Positions 21,853-30,980 of a DNA stretch of 64,000 nucleotides are shown one piece after another. The stretch lies in the NCBI GenBank assembly GCA_946621875.1, contig CAMOOX010000001.1, forward strand, positions 6,280-70,279, in the 5' to 3' direction. Both the position numbers and the translations under genes were made by a program. The notes under the pieces were generated by a model. It was not told the origin of the DNA. It did not search any database and saw only the letters and a program-made list of their open reading frames with translations. The DNA comes from an uncultured Clostridia bacterium. Its GTDB lineage: Bacteria; Bacillota; Clostridia; UBA1381. How positions within the stretch are numbered: position 1 is the first letter of the stretch; every line of letters begins with the position of its first letter.

Positions 21853-24800
21853 ATGGCTGATTTTGTGCATCTGCACACACACACGGAATTCAGTCTTTTA
21901 GACGGTGCGGCGAGCATAAAAAAAATAATTTCACGGGTTAAAGAGCTTGGCATGACATCGTGTGCGATAACAGACCACGGCGTAATGTACGGTGTTGTTG
22001 ACTTTTACAGAGAAGCTTTGGCACAGGGAATTAAGCCTGTAATCGGATGTGAAGTGTATATGGCGCCAAGAAGCCGCTTTGATAAGGTGTACGAGTACGA
22101 TTCAAAGTACGCACATCTTATTTTGCTGTGTGAAAATGAGACGGGCTACAAAAATCTTTCATATATAGTTTCAAAGGGATTTACAGAGGGCTTTTACTAT
22201 AAACCGAGAATAGATTTTGAACTTTTATCGGAGCATCACGAGGGGCTTATAGCACTTTCTGCCTGCCTTGCAGGTGAAATTCCAAGAGCACTTGCGGCAG
22301 ATGATTACGAAAAAGCAAAAAAAATAGGCGAAAAATATGTAAACCTTTTTGGAAAGGACAATTTTTTTATAGAGCTTCAAGACCACTCTCTTCCTGAACA
22401 AAAGCGCATAAATCCTCAGCTTGTAAGGCTTTCCAGAGAACTTGGCGTGGGGCTTGTTGCAACAAACGATATACATTATGCAAAAAAAGAGGACGCAAAA
22501 TATCAGGATGTTTTGATGTGCATACAAATGCAGAAGACTGTTGAGGATAGCGACCGTATGCGCTTTGAAACGGACGAATTTTACATAAAATCACCCGAAG
22601 AGATGGAAAAACTGTTTGCATATGCACCGTCTGCAATAACTAATACGGCAGAAATTGCAAAAAGGTGCAATGTGGATTTTGATTTTGAAACACGCCATTT
22701 GCCAAGCTATAAAGTGCCTGATGGCAAAACAGCATGGGAGTACTTAAATGAGCTTTGCGAAGACGGTATAAAAAGGCGCTATGATGAGGTGACGCCAGAA
22801 CTTGCCGAAAGGCTTCGCTATGAGCTTTCGGTAATTAAGAATATGGGGTTTGTGGACTACTTTTTGATAGTATGGGATTTCATAAACTTTGCAAAAAATA
22901 ACGGGGTGGGAGTAGGTCCCGGAAGAGGAAGTGCGGCAGGAAGTATGGTTTCCTATGCACTTGGCATAACCGATGTTGACCCGATAAAATATAATCTCAT
23001 TTTTGAGCGGTTTTTAAATCCTGAGCGTGTATCTATGCCTGATATAGATGTGGATTTTGCGCCTGAGGGCAGGCAAAAGGTCATAGACTATGTCGTGGAA
23101 AAGTACGGGAAAGATAATGTTGCCCAGATAATAACCTTCGGTACAATGAAGGCGCGCCTTGCTATACGCGATGTGGGCAGAGCCTTAAACATTTCTTATG
23201 CGGAAACGGACAAGGTTGCAAAACTTGTGCCGAATGACTTGAATATTACTATTGAAAAGGCACTTAATGTCTCGCAGGAGCTTAAAGAACTGTATGATAA
23301 TGAGCCAAAAATAAAAGAACTTATTGATACAGCAAGAGCGCTTGAAGGATTAGCACGACACGCAGGAACTCATGCGGCAGGCGTTGTTATTTGCAGCGAG
23401 CCGATTGTGAATTATATGCCGCTTCAAATGAACGATGATGTTTTGACAACTCAGTTTGTTAAAGATACCGTTGAGAGTATGGGGCTTTTAAAAATGGACT
23501 TTTTGGGGCTTCGCAACCTTACGGTAATAAATAATACAGTAAAGCTGATTGAAAAAACGCGCGGAATAAAAATTGACTTATCAAAACTTGATTATGACAA
23601 AAAAGAGGTATATGACCTCATTTCCACGGGTAATACCGACGGTGTTTTCCAGATAGAAAGCGCAGGAATGAAGTCCTTTATGCAGGAGCTTAAACCAACA
23701 TGCCTTGAAGATATTATCGCCGGAATTGCGCTTTACCGACCGGGACCGATGGACTCAATACCAAAGTATGTGTATAACAAAAATCATCCTGATAAAGTGA
23801 CATATAAGCACGAACTTTTGGCAGATATTTTGGATGTAACCTATGGCTGTATCGTATATCAGGAGCAGGTGCTTGAAATTGTGCGTACACTTGCAGGATA
23901 TTCCCTGGGAAGTGCAGATATGCTGCGCCGTGTTATCTCCAAGAAAAAAGCCGATAAAATGGAGATTGAACGCAAGAATTTTATTTACGGAAAACAGGAC
24001 GAAAACGGAAATTGGATAATTGACGGCTGTATAAGGCGGGGGATACCAGAAAGCGTTGCAATCGACATATTTAATGAGATAAACGAATTTGCAAACTATG
24101 CTTTTAATAAATCACATGCAGCCGCATATGCCTTTATCACATATCAGACAGCGTATCTTAAAACCTTTTATCAGGCGGAGTATATGGCGTCGCTGATTTC
24201 AAGCGTAGAGGACCAGGATAAAATAAACGAATACTTTATAAACTGCAAAAAGTTAGGGATTGAGAAGTTGCCTCCCGATATAAATATGAGCGAGGACAGC
24301 TTTACTGTTGAGGGAAACTCTATAAGATTTGGACTTTCTGCCATAAAAAATGTCGGCAAGGGATTTATAGTAAATCTTGTAGATGAAAGAAAGCGAAACG
24401 GCAAATTCACGAGCTTTTCGGATTTTGTCCGCCGTATGTTAGAAAAGGATATGAATAAACGCGCAGTTGAGGGACTCATAAAGTGCGGAGCGTTTGACTC
24501 TTTGGGTGCAAAACGGTCGCAGCTTTTGAGCGTTTACGAAAGCGTAATAGAGAGCGAGACGCAGTCTAAAAAGGCAAATATATCAGGGCAGATGACGCTT
24601 TTTGCAGATGAGGCGGTTACACAAGATACAGAAACGGCACTTCCCGATATTTCGGAGTGTCCGAAAAGTGAACTTTTGGCACTTGAAAAAGAGTCATGCG
24701 GAATGTACTTTTCAGGTCACCCTATGGAGGATTATGAGGATAAAGTCAAAAATCTAACAGATATTACCACATACAAAATTATGTCCTCTGTGGAAAAGGA

Positions 24801-25362
24801 TGAATTTGGCAATATAAAAGAGATTTCAGGCGGAGTTAAAGACGGTCACACGGTAAAAATCTGCGGAATAATTGCCGCCAGAAAGAACAAAATTACTAAA
24901 AATAATACGCAGATGGCATTTTTGCGCCTTGAAGATTTGTTTGGTACGATAGAGGTAATAGTATTTCCAAAAATTCTGCAACAGTACAGCGGTATTATGA
25001 CGGAGGGAAAAGCGGTGCTTATAGAAGGGCGGGTAAGCATACGCGAGGACGAAGAACCGAAAATTCTGTGCGAAACCGCAGCACTTTTAGATGAAATAAA
25101 GACACAAGACCATAATAATCAGGAATTTTATGTAAAGGACAGGCGTACACTGTTTATAAGAATGGGTACATATGATGAAACTGTTTTAAAAACAGCGGCA
25201 AAGCTTCTGAAATTGCATAGCGGTGAAACCCCAGTTTGCTTTTTTATAAGCGACAGCAAAAAGAGAATTTATGTGCCTGAAAGTTGCTACATAGATGAAA
25301 AGAGCGGAATTATTAACGATATTTCTGCTATTTTTGGCGAAAATAATGTAAAAATGGGATAA
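21853..25362 (+). CDS. dnaE: DNA polymerase III alpha subunit (DnaE type)
   Basis: 1169 aa. PHP domain HLHTHTEFSLLDG, Pol III alpha catalytic core, C-terminal OB fold. Confidence 0.95.
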   Translation: MADFVHLHTHTEFSLLDGAASIKKIISRVKELGMTSCAITDHGVMYGVVDFYREALAQGIKPVIGCEVYMAPRSRFDKVYEYDSKYAHLILLCENETGYKNLSYIVSKGFTEGFYYKPRIDFELLSEHHEGLIALSACLAGEIPRALAADDYEKAKKIGEKYVNLFGKDNFFIELQDHSLPEQKRINPQLVRLSRELGVGLVATNDIHYAKKEDAKYQDVLMCIQMQKTVEDSDRMRFETDEFYIKSPEEMEKLFAYAPSAITNTAEIAKRCNVDFDFETRHLPSYKVPDGKTAWEYLNELCEDGIKRRYDEVTPELAERLRYELSVIKNMGFVDYFLIVWDFINFAKNNGVGVGPGRGSAAGSMVSYALGITDVDPIKYNLIFERFLNPERVSMPDIDVDFAPEGRQKVIDYVVEKYGKDNVAQIITFGTMKARLAIRDVGRALNISYAETDKVAKLVPNDLNITIEKALNVSQELKELYDNEPKIKELIDTARALEGLARHAGTHAAGVVICSEPIVNYMPLQMNDDVLTTQFVKDTVESMGLLKMDFLGLRNLTVINNTVKLIEKTRGIKIDLSKLDYDKKEVYDLISTGNTDGVFQIESAGMKSFMQELKPTCLEDIIAGIALYRPGPMDSIPKYVYNKNHPDKVTYKHELLADILDVTYGCIVYQEQVLEIVRTLAGYSLGSADMLRRVISKKKADKMEIERKNFIYGKQDENGNWIIDGCIRRGIPESVAIDIFNEINEFANYAFNKSHAAAYAFITYQTAYLKTFYQAEYMASLISSVEDQDKINEYFINCKKLGIEKLPPDINMSEDSFTVEGNSIRFGLSAIKNVGKGFIVNLVDERKRNGKFTSFSDFVRRMLEKDMNKRAVEGLIKCGAFDSLGAKRSQLLSVYESVIESETQSKKANISGQMTLFADEAVTQDTETALPDISECPKSELLALEKESCGMYFSGHPMEDYEDKVKNLTDITTYKIMSSVEKDEFGNIKEISGGVKDGHTVKICGIIAARKNKITKNNTQMAFLRLEDLFGTIEVIVFPKILQQYSGIMTEGKAVLIEGRVSIREDEEPKILCETAALLDEIKTQDHNNQEFYVKDRRTLFIRMGTYDETVLKTAAKLLKLHSGETPVCFFISDSKKRIYVPESCYIDEKSGIINDISAIFGENNVKMG

Positions 25363-25377
25363 ATATTTAAAAATTTA

Positions 25378-25406
25378 TTGAATTTTCTTACAAAAAGTGG
25401 TAGAAT
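25378..25406 (+). promoter_or_regulatory. Sigma-A-type promoter in front of the TRAP homologue
   Basis: TTGAAT (25378-25383), 17-nt spacer, TGg-TAGAAT (25401-25406). Confidence 0.55.
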
Positions 25407-25436
25407 GTCAACTTGTGAAGAGAGGAGTTTAGAAAT

Positions 25437-25673
25437 ATGCAAGATGAGAATATGGTTTTAAACGATTATATTGTGGTAAAAGCTCTTGAAGACGGCGTAA
25501 ATATTATGGGACTTACAAGAGGACAGAACACTAAGTTTCACCACACCGAAAAGCTTGATAAAGGGGAAGTATATATAGCACAATTTACCCAAACGACCTC
25601 GGCAATCAAGGTAAACGGCAAAGCAGAGATTTTAACTAAACACGGGACTATTAAATCAGGAGCGGACGAATAG
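25437..25673 (+). CDS. mtrB: trp RNA-binding attenuation protein (TRAP/MtrB) homologue
   Basis: 78 aa, alignable end to end with Bacillus TRAP: VVKALEDGVNIMGLTRGQNTKFHHTEKLDKGEVYIAQFTQTTSAIKVNGKA. GGAG RBS 9 nt upstream. Confidence 0.85.
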   Translation: MQDENMVLNDYIVVKALEDGVNIMGLTRGQNTKFHHTEKLDKGEVYIAQFTQTTSAIKVNGKAEILTKHGTIKSGADE

Positions 25674-25675
25674 AT

Positions 25676-25852
25676 ATGTGGACAGTGGTTTATATGTCAA
25701 AAGATGAGGAAGATGTTGCAAACCTCAGAAATTCTTTGCGTGAAAACGGAATAATTTCTACACTTAGAAAAAGAGAAGATTTTTTTGAGATTTTAGTGCC
25801 CTCACGCGAGGTTTCTCTTGCGCACAAAGCAATAATCGATATGGAACTTTAA
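25676..25852 (+). CDS. Small conserved hypothetical protein (58 aa; not in the ORF track)
   Basis: MWTVVYMSKDEEDVANLRNSLRENGIISTLRKREDFFEILVPSREVSLAHKAIIDMEL. Starts 3 nt after the TRAP stop and is followed by a terminator. From memory, the pattern MW.VVY..EILVP..E..AH resembles a small protein family widespread in Clostridia. Confidence 0.5.
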   Translation: MWTVVYMSKDEEDVANLRNSLRENGIISTLRKREDFFEILVPSREVSLAHKAIIDMEL

Positions 25853-25857
25853 TAACA

Positions 25858-25887
25858 GAAAGGAGAGATTTTAAACTCTCCTTTTAT
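25858..25887 (+). terminator. Intrinsic terminator after the TRAP / small-ORF pair
   Basis: Stem GAAAGGAGAG / CTCTCCTTTT with an 8-nt loop and a T-rich 3' side. Confidence 0.6.
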
Positions 25888-25903
25888 GAAAGGATATTGA
25901 AAA

Positions 25904-26878
25904 ATGGAAAAGGCAATAAAGAAAATAGGTGTTTTAACAAGCGGCGGTGATGCACCGGGTATGAATGCGGCAATCCGTGCTGTTGTAAGATGCGGAATTT
26001 ACAACGGAATAAAGGTTTACGGAGTAAAAAAGGGATATAACGGTCTTATAAATGGCGATATAGACTATATGAACGCCAGAAGTGTAGGTGAAATTCTGCA
26101 AAAGGGCGGAACTATTCTCCAAACTGCAAGATGCCTTGAATTCAAGGAAGAAGAGGGCGTAAAAAAGGCAGTAGAACAGGCGAAAAAAGCAGAGCTTGAT
26201 GGACTTGTTGTAATAGGCGGAGACGGCTCATTCAGGGGCGCAAGAGATTTGTGCCGAATGGGACTTCCAACGATAGCTATGCCGGGAACAATAGATAATG
26301 ATATAAATTGCAGTGAATATACAATAGGATACGATACCTGCTTAAATACTGTAATTTCCGCAGTGGACAAGCTTCGTGATACATCTTCAAGCCATGAGCG
26401 CTGCTCGGTCGTTGAGGTTATGGGAAGACACGCTGGATATATTGCAGTTGAAGCAGGCATTGCGTGCGGAGCAGAGCTTGTCTTAATTCCTGAATTTGAA
26501 TTTGATTTTGAACGAGATGTCATAAATGTAATAAAAAAGGGTATAAAAAGAGGCAAAAAACACTGTATTGTTATTGTTGCCGAGGGCGTAGGCGGCGCAG
26601 AAGAAATGGCACGCAGAATTGAGGCAGAAACAGGAATGGAATCAAGAGCCACAATTTTGGGACACATTCAAAGAGGCGGTTCACCTACTGTTAAAGACCG
26701 TGTCATTGCAAGCGCTATGGGCTCAAAATGCGTAGAGCTTTTGCTTCAAGGAAAACAAAATCGTATAGTTTGTATTCAGGACGGAAAAGTCACAGATGTT
26801 GATATAGAAGAGGGATTGGCAATGAAGAAGGAGCTTTCCCCTGAGCTTATGGGACTTATAAAGAAACTGTCAGTTTAA
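25904..26878 (+). CDS. pfkA: ATP-dependent 6-phosphofructokinase
   Basis: 324 aa. GVLTSGGDAPGMN, GGDGS, PGTIDNDI, MGR motifs. Confidence 0.95.
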   Translation: MEKAIKKIGVLTSGGDAPGMNAAIRAVVRCGIYNGIKVYGVKKGYNGLINGDIDYMNARSVGEILQKGGTILQTARCLEFKEEEGVKKAVEQAKKAELDGLVVIGGDGSFRGARDLCRMGLPTIAMPGTIDNDINCSEYTIGYDTCLNTVISAVDKLRDTSSSHERCSVVEVMGRHAGYIAVEAGIACGAELVLIPEFEFDFERDVINVIKKGIKRGKKHCIVIVAEGVGGAEEMARRIEAETGMESRATILGHIQRGGSPTVKDRVIASAMGSKCVELLLQGKQNRIVCIQDGKVTDVDIEEGLAMKKELSPELMGLIKKLSV

Positions 26879-26893
26879 AATCGGAGGAAAAGT

Positions 26894-27847
26894 ATGTATT
26901 ATGCAGGAATAGACCTTGGAGGAACTAATATTGCGGCAGGAATAGTCGATGAAAACGGTAAGATAATAGAAAGTATGTCTATTCCTACCGGTGCAGAACG
27001 CGATTTTCGTGATATTGTGCGTGATATGGCGGAACTTACCGAAAGTCTTTGCAAAAAGGCTCAAATATCCGAGGATGAAATAAAAGCGGTAGGCATAGGG
27101 TGCCCCGGCTCTATCGACAGTGAAAAAGGAATTTGTGAGTATTCAAACAATTTGAATATGTGCCATGCTGATATTGCAGGCGAGTTTAAAAAAATTCTGA
27201 ATTTGCCGGTTTATATTGAAAATGACGCAAATGCTGCGGCATTTGGTGAATATCAAATAAATGCAAAAGGGACAAAAAGCTTTGTTTTTGTGACGCTTGG
27301 TACAGGCGTAGGCGGCGGCGTTATCATAAACGGTGAGATTTTCAGAGGCTTTAACGGAGTCGGAGCTGAGATGGGGCATACTGTGATAAGAACAGGCGGT
27401 GAGCCTTGCACATGCGGCAGAAAGGGCTGTTGGGAAGCGTATGCATCTGTTACGGCACTTATACGGCAGACAAGGGAAGCGATGGAGAAGCATCCCGATA
27501 GCTCTATGCACAAATTTGCAAAAGAAGAGGGAAAGGTAAGCGGTCTTACATCATTCCTTGCTGCAAAAGAAGGCGATAAGTATGCAAAGGCAGTAGTTGA
27601 AAAGTACTTTGAATATATAGCAGAGGGAATTACAAACCTTGTGAACATCTTCCAGCCCGAAAAGGTAGTAATCGGCGGAAGTATTTCAAAAGAGGGAGAT
27701 TATCTTTTAAATCCTGTTAAGGATTTTGTCGGAAAGTATGACTATAACAGATATATGCCAAAGGCAAAAATAGAGATTGCCACACTTTTTGGCGATGCAG
27801 GCATAATAGGCGCGGCACTTGCTGCAAAAGCGGCACAGGAAAAATAA
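26894..27847 (+). CDS. glcK: ROK-family glucokinase
   Basis: 317 aa. GIDLGGTN ATP site and the ROK zinc motif CTCGRKGCWEAY. Confidence 0.85.
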   Translation: MYYAGIDLGGTNIAAGIVDENGKIIESMSIPTGAERDFRDIVRDMAELTESLCKKAQISEDEIKAVGIGCPGSIDSEKGICEYSNNLNMCHADIAGEFKKILNLPVYIENDANAAAFGEYQINAKGTKSFVFVTLGTGVGGGVIINGEIFRGFNGVGAEMGHTVIRTGGEPCTCGRKGCWEAYASVTALIRQTREAMEKHPDSSMHKFAKEEGKVSGLTSFLAAKEGDKYAKAVVEKYFEYIAEGITNLVNIFQPEKVVIGGSISKEGDYLLNPVKDFVGKYDYNRYMPKAKIEIATLFGDAGIIGAALAAKAAQEK

Positions 27848-27859
27848 ATGTGTTTATAT

Positions 27860-27890
27860 GGGCAGACAAATTGTCTGCTCTTTTTGTTTT
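27860..27890 (+). terminator. Intrinsic terminator after the glucokinase gene
   Basis: GGCAGACA-AAT-TGTCTGC stem followed by TCTTTTTGTTTT. Confidence 0.75.
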
Positions 27891-27907
27891 AAAATGTGCG
27901 AAAAATG

Positions 27908-27936
27908 TTGAAAAAAGTGTATAATTGTTGTATAAT
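27908..27936 (+). promoter_or_regulatory. Sigma-A-type promoter of the engB/division cluster
   Basis: TTGAAA (27908-27913), 17-nt spacer, TATAAT (27931-27936). Confidence 0.55.
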
Positions 27937-27973
27937 AAATCATAACTGAAAATCCTTTGATTGGAGGATAAAA

Positions 27974-28564
27974 ATGAATATACATAATGCAGATATTGCC
28001 GTCTCTGCGGTGAAAAAGGAACAGTATCCAAAGAAAGAACTTCCCGAATTTGCATTTGCAGGAAGGTCAAATGTCGGAAAATCATCGCTTATAAATAAAA
28101 TGCTGGGAAGAAAAACGCTTGCAAGAGTAAGCCAAACGCCGGGAAAAACGGTAACGATAAACTTTTATAATATTGATGATACAATTTTTTTGGTTGATTT
28201 GCCCGGTTACGGCTATGCGAAGCGTTCACGCGAAGAAATAGAAAATTGGGGCAGTATGATAGAGGATTATTTAAACGGCAGAAAACAGCTCGAAAGGGTA
28301 ATTTTGCTTGTGGATTCAAGACACGCTCCCACTACCGAAGATAAGATGATGCTCGAATGGATTCGTGCATCCCGCCCTGATGACGGTGCAATAGTTATTG
28401 CCACCAAAACGGATAAGCTGAAAAAAAGAGAGCTTAAAGAAAATCTTGAAATGCTTGAAAGAGAACTGGAACTTGGCGAAGATGATATTTTAGTGCCGTT
28501 TTCCACCAAAACCGACGAGGGCAGAATAACGGTTTGGGATATGATAAATATGATGATTAGCTAA
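27974..28564 (+). CDS. engB: Ribosome biogenesis GTPase YsxC/EngB
   Basis: 196 aa. G1 GRSNVGKSS, G3 DLPGYG, G4 TKTDK. Confidence 0.9.
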   Translation: MNIHNADIAVSAVKKEQYPKKELPEFAFAGRSNVGKSSLINKMLGRKTLARVSQTPGKTVTINFYNIDDTIFLVDLPGYGYAKRSREEIENWGSMIEDYLNGRKQLERVILLVDSRHAPTTEDKMMLEWIRASRPDDGAIVIATKTDKLKKRELKENLEMLERELELGEDDILVPFSTKTDEGRITVWDMINMMIS

Positions 28565-28585
28565 AAGGAGTTAATAGTTATATAT

Positions 28586-29761
28586 ATGAAAAAGAGCGGT
28601 TATTTTATACTTTTGTGTCTTCTGATGTTTTGCACATTTTATGGCATACGCTACATAAGAAGACCTGAAAAATCGCAGCCTGCGGTGAGCGAAATTTATG
28701 AAAACAAAATAATAACATCTGCCTATATTGTTAAAACGGAGCAGGTTTATAATGCGCCGGCAGGCGGCAGAATTTACCATTATATCGGGGAGGGCACAAA
28801 GGTTAAGAAAAACAGTGCGTTAGCCACGGTATATACAGGAAGTGTATCTGAACAGACGCTTGCTGAGCTTAATAATGTTAATCAAAAGATAGCAGAAATT
28901 CAAAGCTCAAATTCTTCCTATTCTTTTGGTGCAAACAGTCAGGAGAATATCGACATAATAAAGGGTAAAATTATAAAATCGGCAAATAAGAACAGCCTTG
29001 AAAGCATTGAAAGCTATAAAGCACAGATAAACAGCATCGTTACAGGTAGTGTGCAGGATATAAGAAAGAGTGATATTTCCAAGCTGGAAGCAAAGAAACA
29101 GCAGATAGAGGCGGAGATTACAAGCGGCAAAAGTGATGTTTATTCGCAGATGGCAGGAGTTTATTCCAAAAATATTGACGGTTTGGAGGAGACGCTTACT
29201 CCAAAGACAGTAATGTCGTACAAAATTTCCGATTACGATGCAATTAAAGCTCCCGAGAACAAGACGCAAAATCTCGTAACCGGCGGTGAACCCATATGTA
29301 AGGTTATGAATAACCAGACATGGTATGTTATGGCTGCTGTATCGGCGGATACTGCGGCAAAGCTTTCAAAGGGACAAAAGATAACGGTAAGATTTCCGCA
29401 GCTTCCGGGAATTGAAGCGGAAGGTATATTGGAATATATCTCGACAGAGGACAGAAATGCCGATAAAAATGTTGTTATTATAAAATGCGAGCAGTATAAA
29501 GAGGGTGTATTATCACTCAGGCTAACAGGTGTTGAGCTTGTTATAGAAAGTTACGAGGGGTACAGAGTGCCTATGTCAGCAATCCGCCTTGTTGATGGCG
29601 AAAAAAGTATAATGGTAAGAACAGAAACAGGTACCATCTTGCGTAAATGCAAGGTGCTTTATACCGATCTTTCCGACCAGACGGTGATAATATCGCAGGA
29701 TTTTAATGATACAAAGGGCAGATTAAAGGAAAGCGACAGCATAATAATAGGAGAAAAGTAA
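28586..29761 (+). CDS. Membrane-anchored HlyD/membrane-fusion-like protein (function unknown)
   Basis: 391 aa. N-terminal TM helix YFILLCLLMFCTFYG, coiled-coil segments, beta-barrel-like ends. Family assignment by resemblance only. Confidence 0.5.
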   Translation: MKKSGYFILLCLLMFCTFYGIRYIRRPEKSQPAVSEIYENKIITSAYIVKTEQVYNAPAGGRIYHYIGEGTKVKKNSALATVYTGSVSEQTLAELNNVNQKIAEIQSSNSSYSFGANSQENIDIIKGKIIKSANKNSLESIESYKAQINSIVTGSVQDIRKSDISKLEAKKQQIEAEITSGKSDVYSQMAGVYSKNIDGLEETLTPKTVMSYKISDYDAIKAPENKTQNLVTGGEPICKVMNNQTWYVMAAVSADTAAKLSKGQKITVRFPQLPGIEAEGILEYISTEDRNADKNVVIIKCEQYKEGVLSLRLTGVELVIESYEGYRVPMSAIRLVDGEKSIMVRTETGTILRKCKVLYTDLSDQTVIISQDFNDTKGRLKESDSIIIGEK

Positions 29762-30468
29762 TGGCAGATATCAAAAAAAATCTCGAAGAGGTAAAAAAGC
29801 GTATAGCAATATCAGCAGACAGGAGCGGAAGAAAAGAGAAGGATATAACATTAATTGCAGTAACAAAAACGCATCCTGCCCAGATGATAAATGAGGCTAT
29901 CAGCCTTGGTGTTACCGATATTGGCGAAAATAAGGTACAAGAAATTATGGATAAATACGATAAGGTCAAAAAAGGGGTAAGGTGGCACCTTATCGGACAT
30001 CTCCAAACGAACAAGGTTAAGTACATTATTGATAAAGTATATATGATTCACTCGGTAGATTCAGTGAAGCTTATGGATGAAATAGAGCGTCAGGCAGAAA
30101 AACACGGCGTTTTAGAAGTTAAAATACTGATACAGGTTAATATTTCGGGCGAAGAAACAAAATTCGGCACCGACCTTTCAGGACTTGATGAAATGCTTCG
30201 CTATGCAGGTGGGTTAAAACATGTCAAAGTCTGCGGTTTAATGACAATTTTGCCGAAAATTGACATGGGCATTTCAAATAGATTACATTTTCATAACATA
30301 TATAACAAATTCATTGACATTTCCAACCATAAATATGATAATGTATGTATGGAATTTCTTTCTATGGGAATGAGCGGAGATTTTGAGATGGCAATAGAAG
30401 AAGGGTCAAATATGGTGCGTATCGGTACTGCTATCTTTGGAGAAAGAGATTATTTTTTAAAAAAATAA
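29761..30468 (+). CDS. yggS: YggS/YlmE-family PLP homeostasis protein
   Basis: 235 aa. PLP Lys in LIAVTKT, HLIGHLQTNK, C-terminal MVRIGTAIFG. The ATG overlaps the previous stop (TAATG). Confidence 0.9.
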   Translation: MADIKKNLEEVKKRIAISADRSGRKEKDITLIAVTKTHPAQMINEAISLGVTDIGENKVQEIMDKYDKVKKGVRWHLIGHLQTNKVKYIIDKVYMIHSVDSVKLMDEIERQAEKHGVLEVKILIQVNISGEETKFGTDLSGLDEMLRYAGGLKHVKVCGLMTILPKIDMGISNRLHFHNIYNKFIDISNHKYDNVCMEFLSMGMSGDFEMAIEEGSNMVRIGTAIFGERDYFLKK

Positions 30469-30488
30469 TATAGCGGGAGGAAATTATA

Positions 30489-30926
30489 ATGAGTTTTGTG
30501 GATGCCGTAAAGGATTTTGTTGGTTTTGGCGATGTTGATTATGAAGAAGAGGACTATATGGAGGAAGAGCAGGAACAAGAGGAAAGACCGTCCTTGTTTT
30601 CTAAAAAGAACAAGGTTGTGTCTATTGAAAAAGCCTCAAACCAACCTACAATCGTGGTAGTTAAACCAAAATGTTTCAGCGCAGCGGTGGAGGCATCAGA
30701 CCAGTTGAAGCAAAGACATCCTGTTATATTAGATGTTACAGGACTTGATACAGACGAAGCAAAGAGAACAGTTGATTTTATTTCTGGTACGGTTTACGGT
30801 ATAAACGGTGATGTTCAAAAGGTTTCGAGCGGAATATTTATTGCAACTCCCGCGTCTTTTGACATTTCAGGAGATTACCTTAAAGGAAAATCGGGTGCCG
30901 GCCTTGATTGGAGTATGTTTAAATAA
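30489..30926 (+). CDS. sepF: Cell division protein SepF
   Basis: 145 aa. Acidic N-terminus and a conserved C-domain (..VILDVTGLD..AKRTVDFISG..). Confidence 0.88.
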   Translation: MSFVDAVKDFVGFGDVDYEEEDYMEEEQEQEERPSLFSKKNKVVSIEKASNQPTIVVVKPKCFSAAVEASDQLKQRHPVILDVTGLDTDEAKRTVDFISGTVYGINGDVQKVSSGIFIATPASFDISGDYLKGKSGAGLDWSMFK

Positions 30927-30938
30927 GTATAAAAAATA

Positions 30939-30966
30939 AAGGCGGAGAATTTTCCGCCTTATTTTA
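30939..30966 (+). terminator. Hairpin / possible attenuating terminator between sepF and ylmH
   Basis: AAGGCGGA-GAATTT-TCCGCCTT followed by ATTTTA. Confidence 0.55.
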
Positions 30967-30980
30967 CCTTTTTGAGGATT

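Noticed and set aside
25417-25448. Possible TRAP autoregulatory site: GAG-ag-GAG-tt-TAG over the mtrB Shine-Dalgarno, plus one more GAG 13 nt later
   Set aside because: There are only three correctly spaced triplets (four at most), whereas characterised TRAP sites have about 9-11. GAGAGGAG is simply the RBS. This is not sufficient evidence.
26065-26667. 200-aa ORF antisense to pfkA (similar cases: 30959..31645, 228 aa, antisense to ylmH; 48900..49478, 192 aa, antisense to dapB; 35064..35522; 44625..45032)
   Set aside because: All lie fully inside and antisense to genes with strong family signatures. Their translated products are low-complexity (Ser/Pro/Phe/Ile-rich) with no recognisable motif or RBS. 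They are typical shadow ORFs.
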